Source: Myxococcota bacterium
GTDB taxonomy: Bacteria > Myxococcota_A > UBA9042 > PHBI01
Direction of reading: 5' to 3'
Assembly (NCBI GenBank): GCA_046351155.1
Contig: JAXLYZ010000024.1
Coordinates: 86,044 to 150,043, forward strand
Length of the DNA: 64,000 bases
Shown one piece after another: positions 38,046 through 48,346 of this stretch. The notes under the pieces were generated by a model. It saw nothing but the letters and a program-made list of their open reading frames with translations. It searched no databases and was not told the origin of the DNA. The translations under genes were made by a program, and so were the position numbers. Every line of letters starts with the position of its first letter. Position 1 is the first letter of the stretch.

Positions 38046-40094
38046 ATGAGCCCGGTCACCATCGTCATCCTCGCGGCGGGCGCGCTCGCCGTCTTCGTGT
38101 TCTTCTCGTTCTTCCGCTACATCCCCAACGACCGCGTCGGCATCGTCGAGCGACGGCTGTCCCCGCACGGCTCGGTGCCGTCCGGCTTCATCGCGCTGCA
38201 CGGCGAGGCCGGCTTCCAGCCGGCCGTCCTGCGCGGCGGTTGGCACGTCTTCACGCCCTTCGTCTATCGCATCCACCGCGTGCCGCTCGTGACCATCCCG
38301 CAGGGCCACATCGGCTACGTCTTCGCCCGCGACGGCCACGACCTGCCGGCCACCCAGTCGCTGGCCCGCAACGTCGAGACCGCCGACTTCACCGACGTCG
38401 TGCGCTTCCTCGAGATGGGCGGCCAGAAGGGCCCGCAGCGCGCCATCCTGCGCGAGGGCACCTACGCCATCAACCTGGCCCAGTTCGTCGTGCTCGCGCC
38501 CAACCGCACCTACTTCCTGCCGCTGGATGCGCGCGACGACGGCATGTTCGCCGGCATGAGCAACGTCATCGAGGAGCGCGGCGGCTTCGAGCCGGTCGTC
38601 ATCAAGGGCGACGAGGACCACATCGGCGTCGTCACCGTCCACGACGGCCCGAGCCTCGGGTCGGGCGAGATCATCGCCCCGACGGTGGGCGAGGACCCGC
38701 GCGACGAGGCCACCTTCCACAACAACTTCCAGGACGCCGACAAGTTCCTCGCGGCCGGCGGGCGGCGTGGCCGCCAGCTGCAGGTGCTGGTCGAGGGCAC
38801 CTGGTACATCAACTGCCTCTTCGCGACGGTCGAGCGCATCAAGAAGACCGTGGTCGAGGTCGGCACGGTCGGTGTGGTGGTGAGCTACACCGGCGAGGCC
38901 GGCATCGATCTGTCGGGCAAGGACTACCGCCACGGCGAGCTGGTCGCGCCGGGCAAGCGCGGCGTGTGGAGCGAGCCGACGCTGCCGGGCAAGTACGCGT
39001 TCAACACCTACGCCGGCCGCATGGTGATGGTCCCGACGACCAACTTCATCCTCAAGTGGAACCGCGGTGAGATGGGCGCGCACCGCCTCGACGAGAACCT
39101 GTCGGAGGTGTCGCTCATCACCAAGGACGCGTTCGAGCCGACGCTGCCGCTGTCGGTCGTCGTGCACATCGACTACCGCAAGGCGCCGCTGGTGGTGCAG
39201 CGCTTCGGCGACGTGAAGCGCCTCGTCGAGCAGACGCTCGACCCGATGGTGAGCGCCTACTTCAAGAACGTCGGCCAGACGCGGACGCTCATCCAGCTCA
39301 TCCAGGAGCGCTCGGAGATCCAGCAGACCTCGGGCGACGAGATGAAGGCGAAGTTCCTCCAGTACAACCTCGAGCTGCAGGAGGTCCTCATCGGCACGCC
39401 CGGCAACGGCCAGGGCGGGCAGCAGATCGAGGAGATCCTGAAGCAGCTCCGGAGCCGCCAGATTGCGGCCGAGCAGGTCGAGACCTACACGCGGCAGCAG
39501 CGCGCGTCGGAGAAGGAGCGCGAGCTGCGCGAGGCCGAGGCGCGGGCGCGGCAGCAGACCATGCTGACCGAGTCGGAGGTGCAGATCACCGTGCAGTCGA
39601 ACCAGGGCAAGGCGGACGTGGCGCGCGCCCAGCAGGAGGCGAGCCGCATCCAGACGCTGGCCGGCGCCGAGGCGCAGAAGACGCGGCTCCTGGCCGAGGG
39701 CGAGGCGCAGAAGATCCGCCTCCTGGCCGAGAGCGAGGCCGACAAGACGGCGCGCGTCGGCGTGGCGCAGGCGCTGGCCATCGAGGAGCAGGTGCGCGCC
39801 TACGGCGGCCCGCAGTACCAGCTCGTGCAGGAGGTGATGAACCGCTTCGCGGCAGCCATCGAGACGGCCAAGGTCGACGTGGTGCCGAAGATCCAGATGG
39901 GCGGCTCGGGCGGCGCGAACGGCTCGGGCGGCGGCATCGTCGAGAGCCTGCTGTCGATCCTCATGAGCCAGCGCCTGGCCGGCGACCTCGAGGCGTCGGC
40001 CGCCGGGACGCCGCGCGATCCGGCGGCGCAGTCGCTGCGCGACGAGCTCCTGCGCGGCATGCGCGCCTCACCGGGCGGGCTGCCGCGCGCCTGA
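38046..40094 (+). CDS. flotillin-like SPFH domain protein (FloT/YqiK family)
   Basis: GGAGGAG RBS. N-terminal transmembrane segment MSPVTIVILAAGALAVFVFFSFF, an SPFH domain, and a coiled coil with AEAQKTRLLAEGEAQKIRLLAESEADKT repeats. Intact 682 aa. Confidence 0.85.
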   Translation: MSPVTIVILAAGALAVFVFFSFFRYIPNDRVGIVERRLSPHGSVPSGFIALHGEAGFQPAVLRGGWHVFTPFVYRIHRVPLVTIPQGHIGYVFARDGHDLPATQSLARNVETADFTDVVRFLEMGGQKGPQRAILREGTYAINLAQFVVLAPNRTYFLPLDARDDGMFAGMSNVIEERGGFEPVVIKGDEDHIGVVTVHDGPSLGSGEIIAPTVGEDPRDEATFHNNFQDADKFLAAGGRRGRQLQVLVEGTWYINCLFATVERIKKTVVEVGTVGVVVSYTGEAGIDLSGKDYRHGELVAPGKRGVWSEPTLPGKYAFNTYAGRMVMVPTTNFILKWNRGEMGAHRLDENLSEVSLITKDAFEPTLPLSVVVHIDYRKAPLVVQRFGDVKRLVEQTLDPMVSAYFKNVGQTRTLIQLIQERSEIQQTSGDEMKAKFLQYNLELQEVLIGTPGNGQGGQQIEEILKQLRSRQIAAEQVETYTRQQRASEKERELREAEARARQQTMLTESEVQITVQSNQGKADVARAQQEASRIQTLAGAEAQKTRLLAEGEAQKIRLLAESEADKTARVGVAQALAIEEQVRAYGGPQYQLVQEVMNRFAAAIETAKVDVVPKIQMGGSGGANGSGGGIVESLLSILMSQRLAGDLEASAAGTPRDPAAQSLRDELLRGMRASPGGLPRA

Positions 40095-40179
40095 GCCGAG
40101 GGCCGTCCGGGCGGGCCGGGGAGCGCCCGGGAGCGGCATGCGGCTGGCCTCGCGCGAGCGTTCGCGCTAGACCGACCGC

Positions 40180-41820
40180 ATGTCGCTCTGGTCCTTCGCC
40201 GTCATCGTCGGGTCCGCGCTCTCCCTCCAGGCCGCCTGCGGCTCCGACTCGCCCGGCGCCGACGCCGCCGCCGACGCGACGGCCGACGGCGCGGCCGACG
40301 CCGCGGCCGACGCGACGGCTGACAGCGGCGCCGACGCGACGGCCGACAGCGGCGCCGACGCGACGGCCGACGGCGACGTCGCGACGACGCGCGCGCCGGG
40401 CCGGACGCTCGAGGTCCTGACCGCGCTCGGCGCGACGCCGTGCGACGTCGACGCGTCGTTCCTGTGCGGCGCGGTCGACATGCCGAAGGACCACGCCCAC
40501 CCCGACGGCCCGACCCTCCGCTGGGCCTTCGCGGTGCGCCCGGCCGACACGAGCCCGCCCAAGGGCCTGCTCGTCACCATCGTCGGCGGCCCGGGCGACG
40601 CCGGCACCGAGGCGCTCGACGACTACAGCTCGGTCGGCGAGCGCTTCAAGGACGAATTCGATCTCGCCTACTTCGACCTCCGCGGCATGGGCGGCTCGGG
40701 CGACTTCCACTGCGACGACGCGCTCACCGCGCTCTACGACGGCGGCATGCACGTCGACTCGGCGGCGACCCAGGCCGACCTCGTCGCGCGCGCCACCACC
40801 TTCAGCCCGGCCTGCCTCGCCGAGATGGGGCTCGCCGCCGGCGACGCCGCGCTCTACAGCACGGCGCAAGGGGCCGAGGACCTCGAGTGGCTGCGCGCCA
40901 CGCTCGAGCATCCTTCGATGCGCATCTATGGACTGAGCTACGGCACGCAGCTCGGGCAGATCTACGCGCACCTCCACCCCGACCGGGTCAGCGCGCTGGT
41001 CATCGACGGCGTCGTCGACCTCACCACCTCGGTCACCGAGTTCGACGCGGCGCTGGCGCGCGGCGTCAACAGCCTCCTCGATCGGACCCTGGCGGTGTGC
41101 GACGCCGAGCCCGACTGCAGCGACGCGCTGGGCCAGACGGCGGCGCGCGCCTGGGACGACGCCGCGGCGCTCCTGCCGATGGACCTCGACTACTCGGCCG
41201 GCGGCGAGGACTACACCACCACGCTCGAGCCGGGCGCCCTCGACGTGGTCGCCGACTGCTACCTCGACAACGCCGACGACCGGCGCGCGCTGCTCGACCT
41301 GCTGGTGGGCGTCGTGGCCGACGACGACTGGGAGTCGATGCGCCAGGCCTACTTCGACTGCGAGGGGCTCGACGACGACGGCAGCCAGCTCGCGCCCGAC
41401 GAGACGCTCGGCGCCTACTACCTCATCACCTGCGCCGACTTCGGCCAGCCCGACCAGACGGCCTACCTGGCGGCCGGCCACGACTTCTGGCGCGCGCGCG
41501 TGAGCTCGGCCTTCTACGGCGACATCCCCTGCCTGACGTGGCCGGTGGCGGTCGGCAGCTCGCCGTCGGTGGCCACGCTCGACGTGCCGCTGCTCATCGT
41601 CAACGCCGACGGCGACGACGCCACGCCGCACGAGCAGGGCGCCGCCGTCGCCGCGCGCAACACCGCCGCCGGCGTCATCGAGGTGTCGGGCGGCGAGCAC
41701 GTCATGTACGGCTACGGCAACACCTGCGTCGACGACGCCGTCAACGCCTTCCTCCTCGACGGCACGCTGCCGGCCACGCGGCCGCTCAGGTGCGACGACG
41801 TCTTCGTCAGCGAGCCGTAG
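40180..41820 (+). CDS. secreted alpha/beta-hydrolase lipoprotein, peptidase S33 / tripeptidyl-aminopeptidase-like
   Basis: Lipobox LSLQAACG. (ADATAD)n linker. GxSxG nucleophile motif [10 protein letters not shown]-terminal TAP-like region. Confidence 0.8.
   Translation: MSLWSFAVIVGSALSLQAACGSDSPGADAAADATADGAADAAADATADSGADATADSGADATADGDVATTRAPGRTLEVLTALGATPCDVDASFLCGAVDMPKDHAHPDGPTLRWAFAVRPADTSPPKGLLVTIVGGPGDAGTEALDDYSSVGERFKDEFDLAYFDLRGMGGSGDFHCDDALTALYDGGMHVDSAATQADLVARATTFSPACLAEMGLAAGDAALYSTAQGAEDLEWLRATLEHPSMRIYGLSYGTQLGQIYAHLHPDRVSALVIDGVVDLTTSVTEFDAALARGVNSLLDRTLAVCDAEPDCSDALGQTAARAWDDAAALLPMDLDYSAGGEDYTTTLEPGALDVVADCYLDNADDRRALLDLLVGVVADDDWESMRQAYFDCEGLDDDGSQLAPDETLGAYYLITCADFGQPDQTAYLAAGHDFWRARVSSAFYGDIPCLTWPVAVGSSPSVATLDVPLLIVNADGDDATPHEQGAAVAARNTAAGVIEVSGGEHVMYGYGNTCVDDAVNAFLLDGTLPATRPLRCDDVFVSEP
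40255..40385. repeat. 24-nt coding tandem repeat (gccgacgcgacggccgacagcggc-like)
   Basis: Read directly. Encodes the ADATADSG repeats of the S33 lipoprotein linker. Confidence 0.7.
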
Positions 41821-41864
41821 CCGGGCGGCGTAACGTCGGCGCCGCGGCGCGCGTAGACGTCGGC

Positions 41865-42386
41865 ATGCTGCTGCCCGCCTTCGCCGCCCTGTCGCTCGCC
41901 TTCGCCGCGCCGCCGCCCGACCCGCCGCGCACGCCGGTGCTGGTCGAGCTCTTCACCAGCGAGGGCTGCTCGAGCTGCCCGACGGCCGACCAGGCGCTGG
42001 CGACGCTGGCCGCGCTGCAGCCGGTGGCGGGCGTCGAGATCGTGCCGCTGGCGTTCCACGTCGACTACTGGGACCACCTGGGCTGGAAGGATCCCTTCTC
42101 GACGCCGGCCTGGAGCGCGCGCCAGGGCGGCTATGCCGCGCTCGACGGCGGGCTCTACACGCCGCAGATGGTGGTCGACGGCCGGGCCGCCTTCGTCGGC
42201 GACTACGCCGCCGCCGTCGCCGCCGCCACGGCGCGCCGGACGGCGCCGCGCGCGGCGCTGACGCTCATGGTCAAGACCCTTGACGATGCCGCCGTGGTCG
42301 AGGCGCGCCTCGACGAGGGCGCGCCGGCCGACGCCGAGGTGTGGGTCGCGCTCAGCGAGAGGCTCGCCGCGTGCCGCGCGGCTTGA
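41865..42386 (+). CDS. DUF1223-like thioredoxin-fold protein (short)
   Basis: Signal-like N-terminus [16 protein letters not shown], then ...[12 protein letters not shown].... At 173 aa it is shorter than typical members. Confidence 0.5.
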   Translation: MLLPAFAALSLAFAAPPPDPPRTPVLVELFTSEGCSSCPTADQALATLAALQPVAGVEIVPLAFHVDYWDHLGWKDPFSTPAWSARQGGYAALDGGLYTPQMVVDGRAAFVGDYAAAVAAATARRTAPRAALTLMVKTLDDAAVVEARLDEGAPADAEVWVALSERLAACRAA

Positions 42387-42539
42387 ACGCCGGCCGCCGC
42401 CTGGCGCACGACGGCGTGGTGCGTCGCCTGGTGCGCGTCGACCGCGACGCCGGACCGGTGGGCTCGACCCGACCTGGCGGCGCGCGGCGCTGCGCGTCGT
42501 CGCCTTCGCGCAGCGGCCCCGTCGGGGCGAGGTCATCGC

Positions 42540-45500
42540 CGTCGCGACGCCGCGCGCTGCCCGACGGCGCGGACAGGCCGAGCGCGAGCCCGAGGCCCGC
42601 CAGCATCCCGCCGAGCAGCGCCGACGCGGGGCCGCCGCCGCAGCCCTCTTCGTGGCCGCCAGTCTTGATGATCTGCGGGCCGCCGTCGGGGAAGGCCAGG
42701 AGGTCGTCGCCGCTCGCGCTGGTGTCGCCGCCTCCGGTCGTGACGGCGTCGCCCGCGTCGCCGGCGTCGGCGCTCGATGTCGCGTCGCTCGGCGAGGTCG
42801 CGTCGCCCTCGGCCTCGACCACCGGCTCGTCGGGCACCGGCTCGACCGCGGGCTCGTCGGGCACCGGCTCGACCACGCTCTCGTCGGGCGCCGGCTCGGC
42901 GACCTCGACCACCTCGACCTCGCTCGTCTCGGGGCCGGGCTCGACGACGTCCTGGCAGATGCCGTCGACGCACACGCCGTCGGGGCAGGCCGGCGTGCCG
43001 GCGCAGGTGCCGTCGCCGCAGTGGTCGCCGTCGGTGCACGGGTCGAGGTCGTCGCAGGGCGCGTCGGCGGCGGCCGGCGAGTGCGCGCAGCCGGAGCCGA
43101 GCGTGCAGCTGTCGAGCGTGCACGGGTCGCCGTCGTTGCAGCCGAGGCCGATGCCGCGGCAGGCGCCCGACACGAGCGGTCGCCCGTCGTGCAGTCGTTC
43201 TTGTCGTCGCAGGGCGTGGTGTCGGCGCGCGCCACGTCGCGCTTTCGGCGAGCGTCGCGTCGCAGCTGTCGTCGGTGCAGGGGTTGCCGTCGTCGCAGCC
43301 GATGGCGGTGCCGGCGCACAGGCCACCGAGGCAGGCGTCGCCTTGCGTGCAGCGATCGCCGTCGTCGCAGTCGATGCCCGGCGCGCTGTCGGCGTAGACG
43401 CAGCCGCTGGCCGACACGCACGCCTCGGTGGTGCACGGGTCGCCGTCGTCGCAGTCGACGGCCGCGCCAGGGGCGCACTTGCCGGTGTCGGTGCAGGCGT
43501 CGCCGCTCGTCGAGGCGTCGCCGTCGTCGCAGCCCTGGCCGACCTGCGGGTCGTTCACGCAGCCCTTCAGCGCGTCGCAGCTGTCGGCGGTGCGGTCGTT
43601 CACGATCGTCGCACGCGACGGCCTGGCCGGTGCACGCGATGCCGACGCAGTGGTCGCCAGTCGTGCACACGCTGCCGTCGTCGCAGCTCCCGACGTTGGC
43701 GGCCGGGGTGTGGGTGCAGGCGCCGGTGGTCGCAGTGCAGCCATCGACCGAGCAGGGCGACTGATCGTCGCAGCGCGTGGCCGCGTCGAGGCACTCGCAG
43801 GCGTCGCCGACGCCGTCGTTGTCGCTGTCGGTCTGATCGTCGAAGACGGTCGGGCACACGTCGCCGCTGCCGCAGTAGCGGTCGCCGTCGGGGTCTGCGC
43901 CGCTGCCGCGCTTGCACACGGCCGGCACCACCACCAGCGTGCCGGTGCCGAGGCCGGCGAAGCTGAGCTTGGTCCCCGACTGCGGCACGTTGCCGAGGAA
44001 CACGCCCTCGAGCGTCGCCTGGTAGACCTCGCTCGCGTCGATGCCGGGCAGCGCCGAGAGCTCGAGGTCGACCGTGCTGGTGCGATCGGCCGACAGCTCG
44101 GCCACGAAGCCGCTGGCGTTGGGCGTCAGCGCCAGCGTCACCGGCGCGCTGGCCGAGAGGCGGCGCGTGCCGCCGACGTCGAGGCTCTTGGCCTGCACCA
44201 CCGCGAACGGGCCGAGCGCGCCCGAGACGGTGCGCACGAAGGCCGACAGGCCGTCGGTCGAGACGCTGCTCGTGGACACCGAGCCGTCGCCGGCGCTGGC
44301 CAGCAGCGTGTCCACGGTCGTGCCGTTGGTGACCGTCGCGGCGGCGACGCTGCCGCTGCCGACCGAGGCCACCGCGCGCGCCTCGCCGGTGCCGACCTGG
44401 AACACCGAGATGAAGGCCGCGTCCTTGGCGGTGGCGCCGACCAGCACGCCGTCGATGGCCTCCTCGTGGTTCCAGGCGTCGGCGTAGAGGCTGGCGTTGG
44501 ACTCGGTCGAGAGCGTGCCGCTGCCGACCACGTCGAGGTCGAGGCGCGGGGCGCCGTTGCCGGTGCCGGCCCAGCGGTGGCTCTGGCGCGTGCTGGTGTT
44601 CTGCCGCACCGTGCGCGCGCCGCGGCCGCGCCACGACAGATCGATCTCGCGCGCGAAGTCGAGGCGGAAGCGATCCATCACGACGACGTAGCTCTGATCG
44701 ACCAGCGCCACCGTGCGGCTGACGACGGTGTTGAGGGCGTAGACGCCGCTCAGCGTCGTGCGCGCGAGGTCGACGTAGTGGTTCGGCGCGAGGCCCTCGT
44801 CCTCGCTGTCGAGGCGGTCGCCGAAGCTCACCGTCGAGCCGGCCGTGACGAAGGGCGCGCTCTTGCCGAGGAGCGGGATGTTCTTGGCCAGCGGCGAGAG
44901 GTAGGTGTTGCGGTTGGTCGAGGTGGTGACGGTCGGGCCGCCGCTCGCGGTCGGCAGCATCAGCGAGCCGCCGCCGTGGATGACCACGTCGAGCGGGTTC
45001 CTCATGTTGTGGCGCGTGGTGTTGAGCTCGCTGGTCGAGTAGTCGCGCGCGGTGAGCGTCGTCACCTGCAGCGCGCTCGCGGCCCACGAGGTGCGCAGCG
45101 CGGCGAGGTTGGCGCTGTCGTCGAGGAAGCGCGTGTAGGGCGCCGTCGGCGCGGCCGCGTCGTCGACCAGGTCGGTGAGGATGAAGCGCGTCACCTCGTG
45201 GAACTGCTGGTTCTCGTAGTTCTCGTCGTTCTTCGGGCTCTGCTGCCAGGCCCACAGCATCTCGGGCGCGAGGTCGGGGTAGGCCGACGCCATGACGTCC
45301 CACGGGAAGGTGTTGGCGATGCCCTCCTCGAAGGGCGGCGCGCGGCCGTCGGGCTGGCGCCACGCGAGCGAGGCCTCGACGAACGGGCGCAGCGCCGGGA
45401 ACCAGTCGACGCCGGTGGCGTGCTTCACGTGCCAGGCGGTCGAGAGCAGGTTGCCGAGGGCGTAGTTGAGGTACCAGACGCTCTCGCCGTACCAGCCGGT

Positions 45501-46277
45501 GGTGCTGGCGACGGCGTCGAGCGACTCGTCGATGAAGGCCATGCCGCTCGCGCGCCAGCCGTCGGCGTCAGGGTGGTCGGGCAGCGCGAGCGCGGTCGTC
45601 AGCAGCGCGGCACCGCCCTTGATGGCCCAGTTGTCGCGGTGGCCGGGGATGCCTGCCGCGCCGGTGAGGTTCCAGTCGGACGAAAACGCGTCGGCCCACA
45701 TGGCCAGACGCGAGCGGATGGTGGCGTCGGTGTCCTCGGCCACGCCGCTGCCCCGGATCATGTCGTAGGCCTCGGCCATCGACTGGAGGCGCGACGAGTC
45801 CTGCAGGACGTCGATGGCGTCGGATGGCGGCGCGAACAGCTCGCCCAGCGTGTCGACCGCCTGGCGCGTGCCGACGCCGCCGAGCGCGCTGGTGACGACG
45901 TCGCGGTAGCTCGTGAAGCTGCTCGAGGCGGGCGGGGTCTGGCCGAGCACGAAGAGGAGGGCCGCGCCCTTGGCGACCCGCGCGCGCGCGTCGTCCTCGG
46001 CCGTGGCGAGCGAGGCCAGGCGCCCGTTGACGTAGCTCTTCACGGTCGCGAAGTAGCCGCTCGTGCGCGTGTTGGTGATGCGCGCCACGAGGGCGTCGAC
46101 CTCGGGCTTGCTGCTGCCGTCGAACCACAGGTACGGGCTCGTCGGCGTCGCGGGCAGCGACTCGACCGGCGGGACCTGGAGGCCGGCTCGCGCGGAGTCG
46201 GCGAAGACGCTCGAGAGCACGAAGGCCGAGACGACGAACGCGGCCGAGCCACGGACGGCGAGCGAGCACGAGCGCAT
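42540..46277 (-). CDS. giant surface protein: signal peptide + heparinase II/III-like polysaccharide-lyase region + Myxococcus Cys-rich repeats + Pro/Glu linker + MYXO-CTERM-like tail; needs at least two frame changes; 3' end uncertain
   Basis: Frame 46277: MRSCSLAVRGSAAFVVSAFVLSSVFADSARA..., about 900 aa clean. It then continues in the frames of ORFs 42533..43744 and 42352..43326, with CDDGDPCTTEAC / CNDGDPCTLDSC repeats and a (VEPxPDE)n linker. Tail ...GCGGGPASALLGGMLAGLGLALGLSAPSGSARRR. Confidence 0.5.
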
Positions 46278-46466
46278 ACGGAAGGTCCCCCAGAGTCAGC
46301 GACGGACGACGGCTAGAGAGTCGTTGGATTGCAGACTCGGGTCAAATCCCAGCGAGGCCCGGTCACATCCGAGCGAGCCGGGTCGCCCGTCGCCCTCCGG
46401 ACGCGGCCCGCCGCAGGTCGTCGGCGATGCGGACGAGGCCCTCGTCTCAGGTCGCCAGAGCGTTCT

Positions 46467-46500
46467 CAGAAAACTCGGCCGGCGTGCACTTCCAGAAAAC
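46467..46500. promoter_or_regulatory. direct repeat TCtCAGAAAAC ... TCCAGAAAAC (26 nt centre-to-centre) in a divergent intergenic region
   Basis: CAGAAAAC occurs at 46467-46474 and 46493-46500. It lies between divergent starts at 46277 (-) and 46630 (+) in a relatively AT-rich stretch. Confidence 0.35.
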
Positions 46501-46629
46501 GCCTTCGACCTTCCCGGCGCACTGAACACGGGCGCTCTGCGGCCGACCTCGTAAGCTCCGGCTCACGGTCGGGAGGCGCTCGAGGGCGCCGCCGATCGAC
46601 GGAAGGAACCCTGGAACCGGAGTACGACC

Positions 46630-48117
46630 TTGAGCTCGATGCATCACCTCCGCCGCCTGCGCGCGGCGCTCTTCTCGCTGGCCTTCTCGACCGTCGGCGT
46701 GGTCGCCGCGAGCGACGCGGCGCACGCCCAGACCGCGACGCTCTTCGGCGCGCTCTCGAACTTCGACGTCCTCAACGACACCGGAGAGAACGCCTACGGC
46801 TTCGAGATCGACCTGCCCGGCGTGCAGCTGAACACCAACTTCTACTACTTCTTCACCTGGAACCGTTACGGCACGCCGGCCGTCGTGCCCTACGCCGGCG
46901 GCACCTACATCCGCTACATGGCGCAGTGGGACGCGACCGCGCAGGCCTTCACGACCGCCACGCCGCCGGCCACCGACTTCTCGCCGACCAACGGCCACAT
47001 GTGCGTGATGGGCGTGCTCGGCTACGCCACGAGCGGCTGCGAGCACTTCGGCGTCGGCGTCCCCGACGGCGGCGTGGCCGTCCACTACCACTGGCTCGTG
47101 GCCGACCCGACCACGCCGGGCGGCCTCGTGCGCTGGGGCAGCGCCGTCGCCATCGGCGCGCCGGTGTGGTCGGTGCAGCCGCCCGCGGTGGCCGGCGAGG
47201 GGCCGGTCGTGGTGGCCGAGGTCGAGGCGCCCGAGCCCGCCGAGCTGCCCGAGCTCTACGGCGACGCGCAGTGGATGAAGGTCTACGAGACCGAGCTGCC
47301 GCACCCGGTGGCGCTCGAGGACCTGCTCACCGACGACCCCAACGTGCCCAACGATCCGTCGCAGGTCGAGGTGAGCTGGGAGATCGTGCAGGACGAGCCG
47401 GCCCGGAACGGCAACGGCAACAGCAATCGCCGCGGCCACCGCCAGAACCAGGGCGCCATCCGCCTCGACACGCAGGCGGTCGTGCGCCGCTACGAGTTCT
47501 ACAAGTTCACGGGCAGCTACGACCCCATCACCCACGAGGCGCTGTGCGGCGACCTCGCCTGCAACGCGCCCGGCGACGGCGAGCTCGGCGACTACATCGG
47601 CGCGCAGATGGCGGCCGCCAACGTCGAGGTCAACCAGGTCGTCATCGAGCGCGTCGGCAACGGCATCGTGCAGGCGAGCGGCGGCGTGAAGCTCAAGTGC
47701 GGCACCGCCTGCAGCGGCACGGCGCAGGCCGGCGCGGCGGTGACGCTCACGGCCAACCCGAGCGGCGAGATCTGGAAGGGCTGGGGCGGCGACTGCGCCG
47801 CCGCGGGCCTGGCGCTGACGTGCAACGTCTCGGTGGTCGGGCGCGTCGACGTGGTCGCGACCTTCGTGCCGGCGCTGACGTTGTCGGTCCGGACCAGCAA
47901 CAAGGGCGTCGTGGCGAGCAACCCGGCCGGCATCGACTGCGGCGGCTCGGGCTCGTGCTCGGGCAAGTTCGGCCAGGGCGACGTGGTGGCGCTGACGGCC
48001 ACGCCGCCGGCCGGCAAGACCTTCCTCGGCTGGGGCGGCGCGTGCTCGGGGACGGCGCCGCGCTGCAGCGTGACCATGAGCTCGGCGCTCTCTGTGCAGG
48101 CCAACTTCAGCAAGTGA
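46630..48117 (+). CDS. secreted protein with two C-terminal InlB-B-repeat-like (FxGWGGxC) domains
   Basis: Signal peptide MSSMHHLRRLRAALFSLAFSTVGVVAASDAAHA. Repeats ...LTANPSGEIWKGWGGDC... and ...LTATPPAGKTFLGWGGACSG.... Confidence 0.6.
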   Translation: MSSMHHLRRLRAALFSLAFSTVGVVAASDAAHAQTATLFGALSNFDVLNDTGENAYGFEIDLPGVQLNTNFYYFFTWNRYGTPAVVPYAGGTYIRYMAQWDATAQAFTTATPPATDFSPTNGHMCVMGVLGYATSGCEHFGVGVPDGGVAVHYHWLVADPTTPGGLVRWGSAVAIGAPVWSVQPPAVAGEGPVVVAEVEAPEPAELPELYGDAQWMKVYETELPHPVALEDLLTDDPNVPNDPSQVEVSWEIVQDEPARNGNGNSNRRGHRQNQGAIRLDTQAVVRRYEFYKFTGSYDPITHEALCGDLACNAPGDGELGDYIGAQMAAANVEVNQVVIERVGNGIVQASGGVKLKCGTACSGTAQAGAAVTLTANPSGEIWKGWGGDCAAAGLALTCNVSVVGRVDVVATFVPALTLSVRTSNKGVVASNPAGIDCGGSGSCSGKFGQGDVVALTATPPAGKTFLGWGGACSGTAPRCSVTMSSALSVQANFSK

Positions 48118-48290
48118 CGTGAGCGTCGGGGCCCGCCCGACACGCCGGACGCGAGCCCGGTCGGAGCGCATCGCCGCCCCGGCCGGGCTCTTCGCGTGCG
48201 GCGCCGCGGGGCGCGCCGGGGGGAATCCGAACATCGGCGTGGCTTCGCGCGGGGCGATGCGAGACGGCAATGCCAAGCCCGAGCGGCTGT

Positions 48291-48300
48291 GCTAGCTAGC
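48291..48300. promoter_or_regulatory. perfect 10-bp palindrome GCTAGCTAGC about 45 nt upstream of the carboxyltransferase start
   Basis: Read directly. Its AT content is unusual for this genome. Followed by a GGAGG RBS and a TTG start at 48347. Confidence 0.35.
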
Positions 48301-48346
48301 TCGACGCCCCGGCACCGCCCGGCGGTCGCGACCCCCGGAGGTCCTG

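Noticed and set aside
40094-40180. Palindrome gcgcgagcgttcgcgc after the flotillin stop as a rho-independent terminator
   Set aside because: A perfect 6-bp stem with a 4-nt loop is present, but there is no downstream T-tract and it sits only about 13 nt before the next gene's start. It cannot be distinguished from a chance GC palindrome.
46339-46350. tRNA T-loop-like motif GGGTCAAATCCC in the 46.3 kb intergenic region (possible tRNA or integration remnant)
   Set aside because: No matching T-stem, acceptor stem or anticodon arm could be folded from the flanking sequence. It is treated as a chance motif or promoter element, not a tRNA.
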